The notes beneath the pieces are model-generated. The model saw only the letters and a program-made list of their open reading frames with translations, ran no database searches and was not told the origin of the DNA. A stretch of 64,000 nt of DNA from Thermoplasmata archaeon. GTDB taxonomy: Archaea; Thermoplasmatota; Thermoplasmata; Lutacidiplasmatales; UBA184. The stretch's first letter is position 1; every line of letters begins with the position of its first letter. The translations under genes were made by a program, and so were the position numbers. Shown here piece after piece: positions 18,194 through 26,659 of this stretch. Where the stretch lies: positions 61,200 to 125,199 of the forward strand of contig JBAQAF010000013.1 of the NCBI GenBank assembly GCA_049285595.1. The letters run 5' to 3'.

Positions 18194-19089
18194 CGCGATT
18201 CTCCTGGGTCTGGTGGAGCTGGAACCTCGTCGGCGACCTGCGGTTGATGCTGCAGTACCCGTTCATCCAGGCGGCATTCGAGGCCGGAACGATCATCGCC
18301 GTGCTCGCCGGCATCGTGAGCTATCTGGTCGTGCTGCGCCGATCGTCGTTCGCGGCGCACGCGCTCGGGCATGTGGGGTTCTCCGGCGCCGCGGGGGCCG
18401 TTCTTTTCGGAGTGAATCCGATCTACGGACTCCTCCTGTTCACCACGATCTCGGGGGGCGGGATCGCGGCGCTCGGACAGAAGGCGTCGCACCGCGACGT
18501 GGAGATCGGCACGGTGCTCGCGTTCATGCTCGGCCTCGGGCTCGTCTTCCTCGCCTTCTACAACGGCTTTGCGACCGCGGCGTACTCCATTCTCTTCGGC
18601 CAGATCGTGGGGATCACTCCGAGTCAAGTCCAGTTCGCCTTTTGGACGAGCCTTCCGGTGCTCCTCGTCCTCGGGCTCGTCTACCGACAACTACTGTTCG
18701 CCTCCCTCGACGAGGAGGTCGCGGAAGCGAAGGGGATGCACACGATGCTCCTCGGCGTCATCTTCATGCTCGCGCTCGCCGTCGCGATCTCGATCGCCGT
18801 CACGATCATCGGAGTTCTCCTGATCTTCGCCCTGACCGTCACCCCGGCGGCGATCGCCTTCCGACTCGCCAAGCGCCCCCTCCATGCGGTGATCCTGTCG
18901 GTCCTCGTCGCCCTGTTCGCCACGTGGGCGGGGATCTTCATTGCGTTCTACGAGGTCGAACCGACCAGTTTCTTCATCGTGACCATCGTCTTCGCGATCT
19001 ACGTCGTCGTCCGGTTGCTGCCCTCGTTCTCCCGGCTTCGACAGGCGATCCGTCGGCCCGCGACCGGGTCGCCCCGCCGGTCCCCCTAG
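18190..19089 (+). CDS. Metal ABC transporter permease (ZnuB/TroC-like)
   Basis: 299 aa, polytopic. ATGA overlap with the ATPase gene. Confidence 0.85.
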   Translation: MTRFSWVWWSWNLVGDLRLMLQYPFIQAAFEAGTIIAVLAGIVSYLVVLRRSSFAAHALGHVGFSGAAGAVLFGVNPIYGLLLFTTISGGGIAALGQKASHRDVEIGTVLAFMLGLGLVFLAFYNGFATAAYSILFGQIVGITPSQVQFAFWTSLPVLLVLGLVYRQLLFASLDEEVAEAKGMHTMLLGVIFMLALAVAISIAVTIIGVLLIFALTVTPAAIAFRLAKRPLHAVILSVLVALFATWAGIFIAFYEVEPTSFFIVTIVFAIYVVVRLLPSFSRLRQAIRRPATGSPRRSP

Positions 19090-19334
19090 GTTCCCCCGGG
19101 GGTCCAGGACTTCCGGCGGCTCCCGAGCTTCGAACCCCCGGCGGGACCGGGGACCGCCCGCCCGAGTGCTTCCCGTCGTCGAAGTTCCCGACTACCGCTC
19201 GACGGTGGCCGGTCGCGGAGCGCCGGCCCGCGGAGCCAAATACTCTCTGCGCCCCACAGCGGCCGCGCGATGTCGGAGAGCGAACGTCGAACACCACCGA
19301 GCCGCTCCGAACGCGGGGAGCCTTCGGCATTCGC

Positions 19335-20501
19335 ATGATTCCGGATCCGCACGGTGGTCGCCTCGTTCACCGGCTGGCGACCGATCCGGTGCGCGAGCGC
19401 CGGGACGCGGAGCTGCGCGACCTACCGAAGGTCGCCCCTTTCATCGATCAGCTCTACGACGCGGACAAGATCGGTGTCGGCGCGTACAGCCCTCTCGAGG
19501 GGTTCCAGGGCTCCGAAGCGATTGCCTCGGTCGTCTCCAAGGGTCGCCTACCGGACGACCTCCCGTGGACGATCCCGATCCTCTTCCCCGCGCCCACGGG
19601 CGCGGCCCGTGAACGGCTGAAGGACATTGGTCCGGGCGACGAGGTCGCGCTCGTTGACGCCGCCGGTACGGCGATCGCGATGCTGCGGATCGACGAGGAG
19701 TTCCGCCTCGACCGCGCGGCGATCGCGCTCGGGGTCTATGGGACCCAGGAGACCGCGCACCCGAACGTCGCCGACCTGTTCGCGGCCGGGGAGACGGCCT
19801 GGGCCGGCCCGATCACGCTCCTGCGGCGGCTCCCGATCGCGGGCGGGCACCCCGACCCGACCCCCGCCGAGACCCGAGACGACTTCGCTCGCCGCGGCTG
19901 GAAGTCGGTCGCCGCCTACCAGTGCCGCAACCCTCCCCACACGGCGCACGAGTACATTCAGCGCCTCACCCTCGAGCGGGAGGACGTCGACGCCCTGTTC
20001 GTACACCCGGTGGTAGGACGCCTCAAGAAGGGGGATTACCGGCCCGAGATCATCCTCGAGGCGTACACCGCGCTGGTCCAGCACTACTACCCGTCGTCCC
20101 GGGTGATGGTCCAGCCGCTCGGGATCACGATGCGCTACGGCGGCCCGAAGGCGGCGCTGTTCCTGGCGATCGTCCGGAAGAACTTCGGCTGCGCGCTGTA
20201 CATCGTGGGCCGGGACCAAGCCGGTGTCGGAAAGTACTACGACCCGTACGCCTGCCATCGGATCTTCGACCAGTATGACGTCGGGATCGTCCCGCTCCGC
20301 TACGAGGAGTCGTTCTTCTGCCGTCGGTGCGGCTGGATGGCGAGCGAGAAGGTCTGTCCGCACGATCCGTCCAATCGGGTGCAAACGAGCCAGTCACGGA
20401 TCCGCGAGAGTCTCGCCAACGGCTCGGAGCTCCCGGTGGAGATCCTGCGACCCGAGGTCGCGGCCGTGCTGCGCCGACCGAACATCATTCTGACCGAGTG
20501 A
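19335..20501 (+). CDS. sat: Sulfate adenylyltransferase (ATP sulfurylase)
   Basis: MIPDPHGGRLV...YQCRNPPHTAHEY...VHPVVGRLKKGDY...IVGRDQAG. Start at ATG 19335 inside the shadow-extended track ORF 18213..20501. Confidence 0.9.
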   Translation: MIPDPHGGRLVHRLATDPVRERRDAELRDLPKVAPFIDQLYDADKIGVGAYSPLEGFQGSEAIASVVSKGRLPDDLPWTIPILFPAPTGAARERLKDIGPGDEVALVDAAGTAIAMLRIDEEFRLDRAAIALGVYGTQETAHPNVADLFAAGETAWAGPITLLRRLPIAGGHPDPTPAETRDDFARRGWKSVAAYQCRNPPHTAHEYIQRLTLEREDVDALFVHPVVGRLKKGDYRPEIILEAYTALVQHYYPSSRVMVQPLGITMRYGGPKAALFLAIVRKNFGCALYIVGRDQAGVGKYYDPYACHRIFDQYDVGIVPLRYEESFFCRRCGWMASEKVCPHDPSNRVQTSQSRIRESLANGSELPVEILRPEVAAVLRRPNIILTE

Positions 20502-20511
20502 GGAAACAACC

Positions 20512-21069
20512 ATGAAGAGGGGACCACCGGGATTCTGTCTCTGGCTGACCGGACTGCCGAGCGCGGGCAAGACGACGATCGGACGCATTCTCACGGAACG
20601 GCTCGCCGCCCGGGGATGGTACGCCGAGCTGCTCGACGGCGATGAGATCCGCCGCGGGTTGAGCGCGGACCTCGGGTTCGACCGCGCCTCGCGGGAAGCG
20701 CACGCCGGGCGCGTGTCGTTCGTCGCGAAGCTCCTGGCCCGCAATGGGTCGATCCCGATCGTGGCGCTCATCTCTCCCTACCGCACCTCCCGCGCGAAAG
20801 CGCGGGCCGAGATCGGCCGGTTCGTGGAGATCTACGTGAACACGCCGCTCGCCGTGTGCGAGGAGCGGGACGTGAAGGGGCTCTACAAGAAGGCCCGGGC
20901 CGGCGAGATCAAGGAGATGACCGGGGTGGACGACCCGTACGAGGCCCCCCAGCACCCGGAGATCGTGGTGGACGCGGTCCGTGGTTCCCCGGCGGAGTCG
21001 GCCGACTTCCTGATGCGGGAGCTCGAGCGGCTCGGGTGGCTCCCCGATGCCGCCGCCTCGAACCCCTGA
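20512..21069 (+). CDS. cysC: Adenylylsulfate (APS) kinase
   Basis: LWLTGLPSAGKTTIG...LDGDEIR...ISPY...RDVKGLYKKARAGEI..MTGVDDPYE. GAGG RBS upstream. Confidence 0.92.
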   Translation: MKRGPPGFCLWLTGLPSAGKTTIGRILTERLAARGWYAELLDGDEIRRGLSADLGFDRASREAHAGRVSFVAKLLARNGSIPIVALISPYRTSRAKARAEIGRFVEIYVNTPLAVCEERDVKGLYKKARAGEIKEMTGVDDPYEAPQHPEIVVDAVRGSPAESADFLMRELERLGWLPDAAASNP

Positions 21070-21130
21070 CGACCCCGCACGGAGCGCCCGGCCGTCGAAC
21101 GGATATCGGCCCGGAGGTTCCGGGGACGCG

Positions 21131-22114
21131 ATGAAGGCGCTCGTGCTGATCGGGGGATTCGGCACGCGGCTGCGGCCGCTGACCGAGAACGTTCCGAAGC
21201 AGCTGATCCCTCTCGCTGGGAAGGCGATGCTCTACCACGTTCTCGACCTCCTGCCGAGCGACGTGGAGGAGGTCGTTCTCGCGACCGGGTACAAGGCCGA
21301 CCAGGTCGCGGAGTACGTTCGCCAGCATCCGACCCCGTGGACGATCCGCACCGTCCCCGAATCCGAACCGCTCGGCACCGGCGGGGGGATGAAGAACGCC
21401 GGCGCCGGTATGAGCGACCCGTTCTTCCTGCTCAACTCGGACGTCATCGCGGCGGCCGATCTCGCCGCGATGGCCGCTCGACATCGCCTCCGCAGCGGAG
21501 TCGGCACGATGGCCCTCGCCGAGGTCGACGACCCACGCCCGTACGGCGTCGCGGCGCTGGGGCCGGACGACCGGATCACTCGGTTCGTGGAGAAGCCGGA
21601 GCCGAAGGACGCGCCCTCCCGCTGGATCAATGCGGGCCTTGCGGTGTGGGGCCGGACGGTACTCGACCGTATCCCGCCCGGGAAACCCGTTAGCTTCGAG
21701 CGCGAGATCGTCCCCGGCCTCCTCCCCGACGGTCTCTACGGATTCCGGCTGACGAGCTACTGGGACGACGCGGGGACGCCGGACCGCCTGCTCCGCTCGC
21801 AGCGCCTCCTGTTCGATGATGGTCGGGGAGCGGACTTGCGACGACCGGCGGGGTCTCTGGGCGCCGGCCCGGTCTCCTCGTCGGAGGACGCCGTGGCGCG
21901 CGAGGCGACGCTCGGGCCGTACGTCACGCTCGGGGATCGGGTGACCGTCTCGCCCGGTGCTCGCGTGAAGGACTCCGTACTGATGGAGGGGGCGACGATC
22001 GGCCGGGACGCGTCGGTCGTGTCGTGCATCCTCGGGCCGAACGCCCGGGTCCCGGCCCGGGCGCGCCTGACGGGGCAGGTCGTCGGTGCGGGGGCCGAAG
22101 CGGGCCTTGCCTAG
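21131..22114 (+). CDS. NDP-sugar pyrophosphorylase (sugar-1-phosphate nucleotidyltransferase) with C-terminal left-handed beta-helix
   Basis: MKALVLIGGFGTRLRPLTENVPKQLIPLAGK. C-terminal hexapeptide repeats. Confidence 0.88.
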   Translation: MKALVLIGGFGTRLRPLTENVPKQLIPLAGKAMLYHVLDLLPSDVEEVVLATGYKADQVAEYVRQHPTPWTIRTVPESEPLGTGGGMKNAGAGMSDPFFLLNSDVIAAADLAAMAARHRLRSGVGTMALAEVDDPRPYGVAALGPDDRITRFVEKPEPKDAPSRWINAGLAVWGRTVLDRIPPGKPVSFEREIVPGLLPDGLYGFRLTSYWDDAGTPDRLLRSQRLLFDDGRGADLRRPAGSLGAGPVSSSEDAVAREATLGPYVTLGDRVTVSPGARVKDSVLMEGATIGRDASVVSCILGPNARVPARARLTGQVVGAGAEAGLA

Positions 22115-23148
22115 AACGCGCCGCCGGTCACGAGGACCTTCATCGAATCTTCTGGGCGGGCCGCGACCCGGAACGCCTCGCTGATCTCGTCGAGCGGAAA
22201 CGTCTGGGAGACGAGGTCCCGGACCGAAAGCTTTCCCTCGACCACCAGCCGGTGGATCGTCCGGAGGTCGGGCTCGGTCGTGGCGTACGATGGGACGAGC
22301 CGGATCCCCCGAAGGTACAGCCGTTGAAGATCGACGTCCAGGCGGCTCCCCGACGCGGGCAGGCCGAACAGGTTGACCGTTCCTCCGCGGCGTACCAGCT
22401 CGGTGGCGGTCGTGAGCACGGACGGGTGGCCGGTCGCCGCCACGGCCAGGTCGACGCCCTGCCCGCCGGTCGCCCGGTCGACCGCCCTTCGCAGGTCCTC
22501 GGGAGCCCGAGGTTCGAGCGCCGCATCGATCCCCCCTCGGAGGGCGACGTCCCGGCGTCGCTCGGAGATCTCCGTGCCCGCTACCCAGCGGGCCCCCAAG
22601 GCCTTCACGAGCCGAGCGTACAGGATCCCGACCGGCCCCAGGCCCAGGACGACCACGGTCGATCCGGGCGGGAGGCCGACCCTCCCGATCGCGGTCAGCG
22701 CGCACCCGGCGGGCTCGAGGAGGGTGCCGGTCCCCCAGTCGACCCGGTCGTCGAGCGGGAGCACGGCCCCGCGAGCGACGTTCTCCGCCGGGACCCGGAA
22801 CGTCTCCGCGAACCCACCCGGGTCGATGTTGGTGCGCGAATACGTGGCGCAGAAGGTCGGATCACCGCGTGCGCAGACGTCGCAGACACCGCACGGAACG
22901 TGATGATGAACGAAGACGCGCTGGCCCACCCGGTATCCGTCGGTCCCCGCGCCGAGCTGATCCACCCGCCCGACCGGTTCGTGGCCGAGGATCCCGGCGG
23001 TGCGGTAGTTGCCCCGGACCTTCTCGAGGTCGGTACCGCAGACACCGCACGCCGCGAGGGTGACGGTCAGTTCGCCGGGCCCGGGGATCGGAGCGGGCGT
23101 TTCTTCGAGGCGGACCGTCCCCGGGTCGCCGAGTCGGCCGACCTTCAT
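22111..23148 (-). CDS. Zinc-binding medium-chain alcohol/polyol (threonine/sorbitol-type) dehydrogenase
   Basis: MKVGRLG...CGVCGTDLEK...GHEPVG...CGVCDVCARGDPTFC...VVLGLGPVG. Start at ATG 23148. The rest of track ORF 22111..23673 overlaps the next gene. Confidence 0.88.
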   Translation of the reverse strand: MKVGRLGDPGTVRLEETPAPIPGPGELTVTLAACGVCGTDLEKVRGNYRTAGILGHEPVGRVDQLGAGTDGYRVGQRVFVHHHVPCGVCDVCARGDPTFCATYSRTNIDPGGFAETFRVPAENVARGAVLPLDDRVDWGTGTLLEPAGCALTAIGRVGLPPGSTVVVLGLGPVGILYARLVKALGARWVAGTEISERRRDVALRGGIDAALEPRAPEDLRRAVDRATGGQGVDLAVAATGHPSVLTTATELVRRGGTVNLFGLPASGSRLDVDLQRLYLRGIRLVPSYATTEPDLRTIHRLVVEGKLSVRDLVSQTFPLDEISEAFRVAARPEDSMKVLVTGGAF

Positions 23149-24533
23149 GGACGGGCGCGGGCCGCCCGAATCGACGCGTCGAGGATCTCGACCGCCTCGT
23201 CGATCTCCTCGCGACGGACGATCAGTGGGGGAATGTAGCGGATCGAGGAGCGTCCGCACGGCAGGAGGATCAGGCCGCGGCGGGTCGCCTCCTGGAGGAT
23301 CCCGTCGCGCAGCGCGATCGCCGGCTCCTTCGTGGTCCGGTCGCGGACGAACTCGGTCGCGGTCATGAGGCCGATCCCCCGGACATCGCCGATCTCCTCG
23401 TACCGCCCCATCAGTTCGCGTAAACGTCCGAGCAGGTACGTCCCCTGGACCCGAGCATTCTCGAGGAGGTGCTCCTTCTCGATGACATCGAGCGTGGCGA
23501 GGGACGCGGCGACGGCGGCGAGGTTGCCGCCGAACGTGTTCGAGTGCGCCCCCTGGACGGGGAAGTCCATCTCGGCCGGGAACGTCACCGCGCCCATCGG
23601 CAGGCCCCCGCCGAGCGCCTTCGCCATCGTCACGATCGGAGGGACGACTCCGTGGTGCTGGATCGCGAACCACTCGCCGGTTCGGCCGATCCCGGCCTGC
23701 ACCTCGTCATCGATCAGAGGGATCCCGTGCTCGTCGAGGATCGCCTTGAGCGTCGAGTGCCAGCGCGGCGGAGGCACGATGTAGCCGCCCTCTCCCATGA
23801 CCGGTTCCGCGAGGAACGCGGCGACGTCGTCCGGAGGGATCGACGTCTGGAAGTAGAGCTCCTTCAGGATCTTGGCGCAGTAGAGGCCGCAGCTCGGGTA
23901 CTCGAGCTTGTACGGGCACCGGTAGCAGTTCGGCGCCGGGATGTGGTGGCCGCCGCCGACGAACGGGGCGTACCGCGCCCGCTGCACCGGCTTGGAGGTG
24001 GTCATCGAGAGCGCGCCCATCGTTCGCCCGTGGAACGCCCCGAGGAGCCCGATGACGATCGGGCGTTGGCGCTGCCAGCGCACGAGCTTGAGGGCCGCCT
24101 CGGCACTCTCCGTGCCGCTGTTGGTGAAGAAGACCTTCTTCTCGAACGTCCCGGGAGTGATCTTCGTGAGGCGTTCGGCGAGGATCGTCTGGTTCTCGTA
24201 GTAGAAGTCGGTCCCCGCGAAGTGGGTCAGCCGGGTCGACTGCTCCTGGATCGCCCGGACGACCTCGGGATGCGAGTAGCCGACCGCGGCGACGCCGACC
24301 CCGGCCGCGAAGTCGAGCAGGCGGTTGCCGTCGACGTCGGTGATCCAGACCCCGTCCCCGGAGGCGGCGACGACCGGGGCGGTCTTCGTGCTGGTCATCA
24401 GGTACCGCCGGTCCCGCTCGATGATCCGCCGGGCGTTCGGTCCCGGGATCGGGACGCGGACGGAGACCCCGCGGGGGGGCGGGGCGTGCGGGTCGGCGGA
24501 AGGCGCCGTGGGAGGGGGAGTGCTGCGGCTCAT
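23145..24533 (-). CDS. Class III PLP-dependent aminotransferase (GabT/ArgD family)
   Basis: FTNSGTESAEAALKL...DEVQAGIGRTGEWF...VTMAKALGGGLP. ATGA overlap with the dehydrogenase gene. Confidence 0.9.
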   Translation of the reverse strand: MSRSTPPPTAPSADPHAPPPRGVSVRVPIPGPNARRIIERDRRYLMTSTKTAPVVAASGDGVWITDVDGNRLLDFAAGVGVAAVGYSHPEVVRAIQEQSTRLTHFAGTDFYYENQTILAERLTKITPGTFEKKVFFTNSGTESAEAALKLVRWQRQRPIVIGLLGAFHGRTMGALSMTTSKPVQRARYAPFVGGGHHIPAPNCYRCPYKLEYPSCGLYCAKILKELYFQTSIPPDDVAAFLAEPVMGEGGYIVPPPRWHSTLKAILDEHGIPLIDDEVQAGIGRTGEWFAIQHHGVVPPIVTMAKALGGGLPMGAVTFPAEMDFPVQGAHSNTFGGNLAAVAASLATLDVIEKEHLLENARVQGTYLLGRLRELMGRYEEIGDVRGIGLMTATEFVRDRTTKEPAIALRDGILQEATRRGLILLPCGRSSIRYIPPLIVRREEIDEAVEILDASIRAARARP

Positions 24534-24650
24534 CGTCGCTCCGACCCGCTAGAGCGGTCGGGGTGTAAAGGGTTCCCGCCCGGACGGCGCCGTGCACGGG
24601 GCCTGTCGAGCGTTTCCTTTTTGAGGCGTGCCGGCGGGTCGCCGGCCTCG

Positions 24651-24947
24651 ATGACCGGGTCGGCCTCGGAGACGGATCGCCCCGATCCGGACCGTAAGAC
24701 GTTCTCCGAGATCGTGCCGGCTCCGGCGGTGCTGACCGAGCTCGCCCGGGGGTTCCTGCTCGTTCGCGACTCGGACCCGGACCGTGCGCTCAAGTTCGCG
24801 GCGACGTTCCTGCGCGAGAAATCAGGAGCCCCCCGACCCGAACGGGTCGAGGCGGTCCCGAAGATCACCCTCGCGCGGCTCTCCCTCGGACGCTCGCCTC
24901 GCGGCGCGGTCGAGCCGGCGTCCGGGGCGTATCCCGGACGGGGCTGA
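24651..24947 (+). CDS. Candidate small protein (98 aa), unknown function
   Basis: ATG 24651 lies about 25 nt after a T-rich tttcctttttg element. My hand count gives roughly 85 percent G/C at third codon positions. Non-repetitive sequence FSEIVPAPAVLTELARGFLLVRDSDPDRALKFAATFLREK. Its 3' end overlaps the convergent aminotransferase gene. Confidence 0.4.
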   Translation: MTGSASETDRPDPDRKTFSEIVPAPAVLTELARGFLLVRDSDPDRALKFAATFLREKSGAPRPERVEAVPKITLARLSLGRSPRGAVEPASGAYPGRG

Positions 24948-25980
24948 TCCCAGGCGCTCCCTCGGGCCCGCGGACGGCCGTGTACGCCGCGAGATCGGCC
25001 GGGAACGTGCGGCGAGTGAGGCAGATGCGGTTCCCTTCGGGGTCGCCGAAGTACGCGCCCGGGCAGACGAGGACCGATGCCTTCAGGAGCCGGTTCGCGA
25101 GATCCGAGGAGCGCGCCCCGGTGCGGTCGAACCAAACCGGTCCGATCGGTGGGGTAGAGACCGGGAACGCTCGGGCGAGCGCCCGCCGGTTCGTCGCCAG
25201 GAGACGGTGAACCTCCTCGCGAATCCGCGTCCGATGCCGGAGCGCGGAGAGAGCGCCCGCCACGGAGGCCGACGGGAGGGCGTCCGCGAACAGGCCGATG
25301 AACCGGGCGAACGCCTTCTGGTCGGTCTCGGGCGCGACCACGAATCCCACTCGGAGGTCATCGCCGGCGTAGAACTTCGTGAGCGAGCCGGTCGCCCAGA
25401 GCCGATCCCGGGAGAGCGTGGCGTAGGATTTCCGATCCCCGAATTCGCGGAACGTCTCGTCGATCAACAGGTGCCGGGCCCCGCCCGCCCAACCGAACAG
25501 TCGTTCGGGCCCCCAGTCGTCCCCCTCGGGGTTCCGAGGCTGCGAGACGACCGCTAGGTCCGCCGCTCCCCCCTGGGTCGTGATCTCGAACCCCGCCGTG
25601 CGAGGGGCGTCGAACAGGGGAGGGTACTCGGGAAGGCAAACGCGGCAGGTGCCGGCCCGTCGGCCGAGAGATCGGGCGATGTAGAAGAACACCCACGCGT
25701 TCGCTTCCGTGCCTCCGTGCGTGAGGAAGACCCGCTCGCAAGGAACCCCCAGCGAGCGCGCGAGCTCGCCTCGAAGCTCCTCCGGATCCGTGGAACGAAG
25801 CTCCGTGGCCGATGGGGTCGGCCGTCGGAGCGCCCCGGCCATCCCACTGCGGGCGAGATCGTGGCGAACTCCCGGGTGGGAGTCGATCCAGTCGGCGAGG
25901 GGAAACTTCACACGGGTGGGGAACCGTTCGGGCGTAAGGCCTGTGCGGCAGACCGAACCGCGGGAGCGATCGCGGCTCAC
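24865..25980 (-). CDS. Class I/II PLP-dependent aminotransferase (HisC/CobD-like)
   Basis: FLTHGGTEAN...SQPRNPEG...LIDETF...GSLTKFYAGDDLRVGF (PLP lysine). GTG start. The C-terminal ~35 aa are low complexity. Confidence 0.8.
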   Translation of the reverse strand: MSRDRSRGSVCRTGLTPERFPTRVKFPLADWIDSHPGVRHDLARSGMAGALRRPTPSATELRSTDPEELRGELARSLGVPCERVFLTHGGTEANAWVFFYIARSLGRRAGTCRVCLPEYPPLFDAPRTAGFEITTQGGAADLAVVSQPRNPEGDDWGPERLFGWAGGARHLLIDETFREFGDRKSYATLSRDRLWATGSLTKFYAGDDLRVGFVVAPETDQKAFARFIGLFADALPSASVAGALSALRHRTRIREEVHRLLATNRRALARAFPVSTPPIGPVWFDRTGARSSDLANRLLKASVLVCPGAYFGDPEGNRICLTRRTFPADLAAYTAVRGPEGAPGISPVRDTPRTPARPRREASVRGRAARG

Positions 25981-26051
25981 CCATTGCTACCGTCCCGGTT
26001 CCTTTCGATAGCCCGGGGACGCCGAAGGCCGCCCTTCGAACTCCGGGGTGG

Positions 26052-26597
26052 GTGGTCTTGGCTACCGAATTCGATCTCGGAGCGGCGTACCGCGACCCAT
26101 CCGCCCCAATCCTCAAGCCCTCAACGGTCGACCGAACCTCCGTGCGTTCCGTACGACCTTCCGTAGAAGTCGGCCCGAACGGCCGCATCATCGCCCTCTC
26201 CGCCGCCTGGTTCTCGGACGGCGCCCGAAGGAGAACCGAGGCTCGTCATGCCGCCCTCTGCGTCGAATGCGGTACCGCGCTCGCCTCCCATCGCACGCCG
26301 TACTGCTCGCGTAAGTGCCAATGGCGGTTCCACGGCCACTACTTCTGGGACTCGGCGCGGAGCTACGTGATGCTGCGGGACCGATACACGTGCCAGATCT
26401 GCCGTCGCCGCCATCGCGCCCGGGAGCTCGAGGTCGACCACATCATCGAGATCGCACGGGGGGGAGCCGCGCTCGAGTATTCGAACCTCCAGACGGTCTG
26501 CCGCGTCTGCCACCGGGCGAAGACCCGGGAATTCCTTCGAACGAAGGGTCGGGGCCACCCCGATTCTTCGCCGATGGCGGATATAGGCAACGGATAA
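26052..26597 (+). CDS. HNH endonuclease-domain protein
   Basis: Zinc ribbon CVECG...YCSRKC, then YTCQICRRR...LEVDHIIEIARGG...NLQTVCRVCHRAKT. N-terminal boundary uncertain (GTG start). Confidence 0.75.
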   Translation: MVLATEFDLGAAYRDPSAPILKPSTVDRTSVRSVRPSVEVGPNGRIIALSAAWFSDGARRRTEARHAALCVECGTALASHRTPYCSRKCQWRFHGHYFWDSARSYVMLRDRYTCQICRRRHRARELEVDHIIEIARGGAALEYSNLQTVCRVCHRAKTREFLRTKGRGHPDSSPMADIGNG

Positions 26598-26628
26598 GCC
26601 GCGCGGCAAGACCCGGCCTCCGAATGGG

Positions 26629-26636
26629 TATATAAT
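26629..26636 (+). promoter_or_regulatory. TATA box (TATATAAT) of the surface-protein gene, implying a leaderless or near-leaderless mRNA
   Basis: Only strongly A/T-rich octamer in the intergenic region. It ends 24 nt before ATG 26660. Confidence 0.55.
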
Positions 26637-26659
26637 CCGGCTCGGTCGTCGTGCCAGCG

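Noticed and set aside
18213-20501. N-terminal extensions of real genes in the ORF track, e.g. 18213..20501 for sat, 22111..23673, 45671..46999, 52535..54103, 59231..60781, 7144..8196, 60277..61143, 21047..22114 and 15622..16203.
   Set aside because: The extensions overlap neighbouring well-supported genes or are Arg/Pro-rich. Family-typical N-termini begin at internal ATG/GTG codons, often preceded by an A/T-rich box or an RBS.
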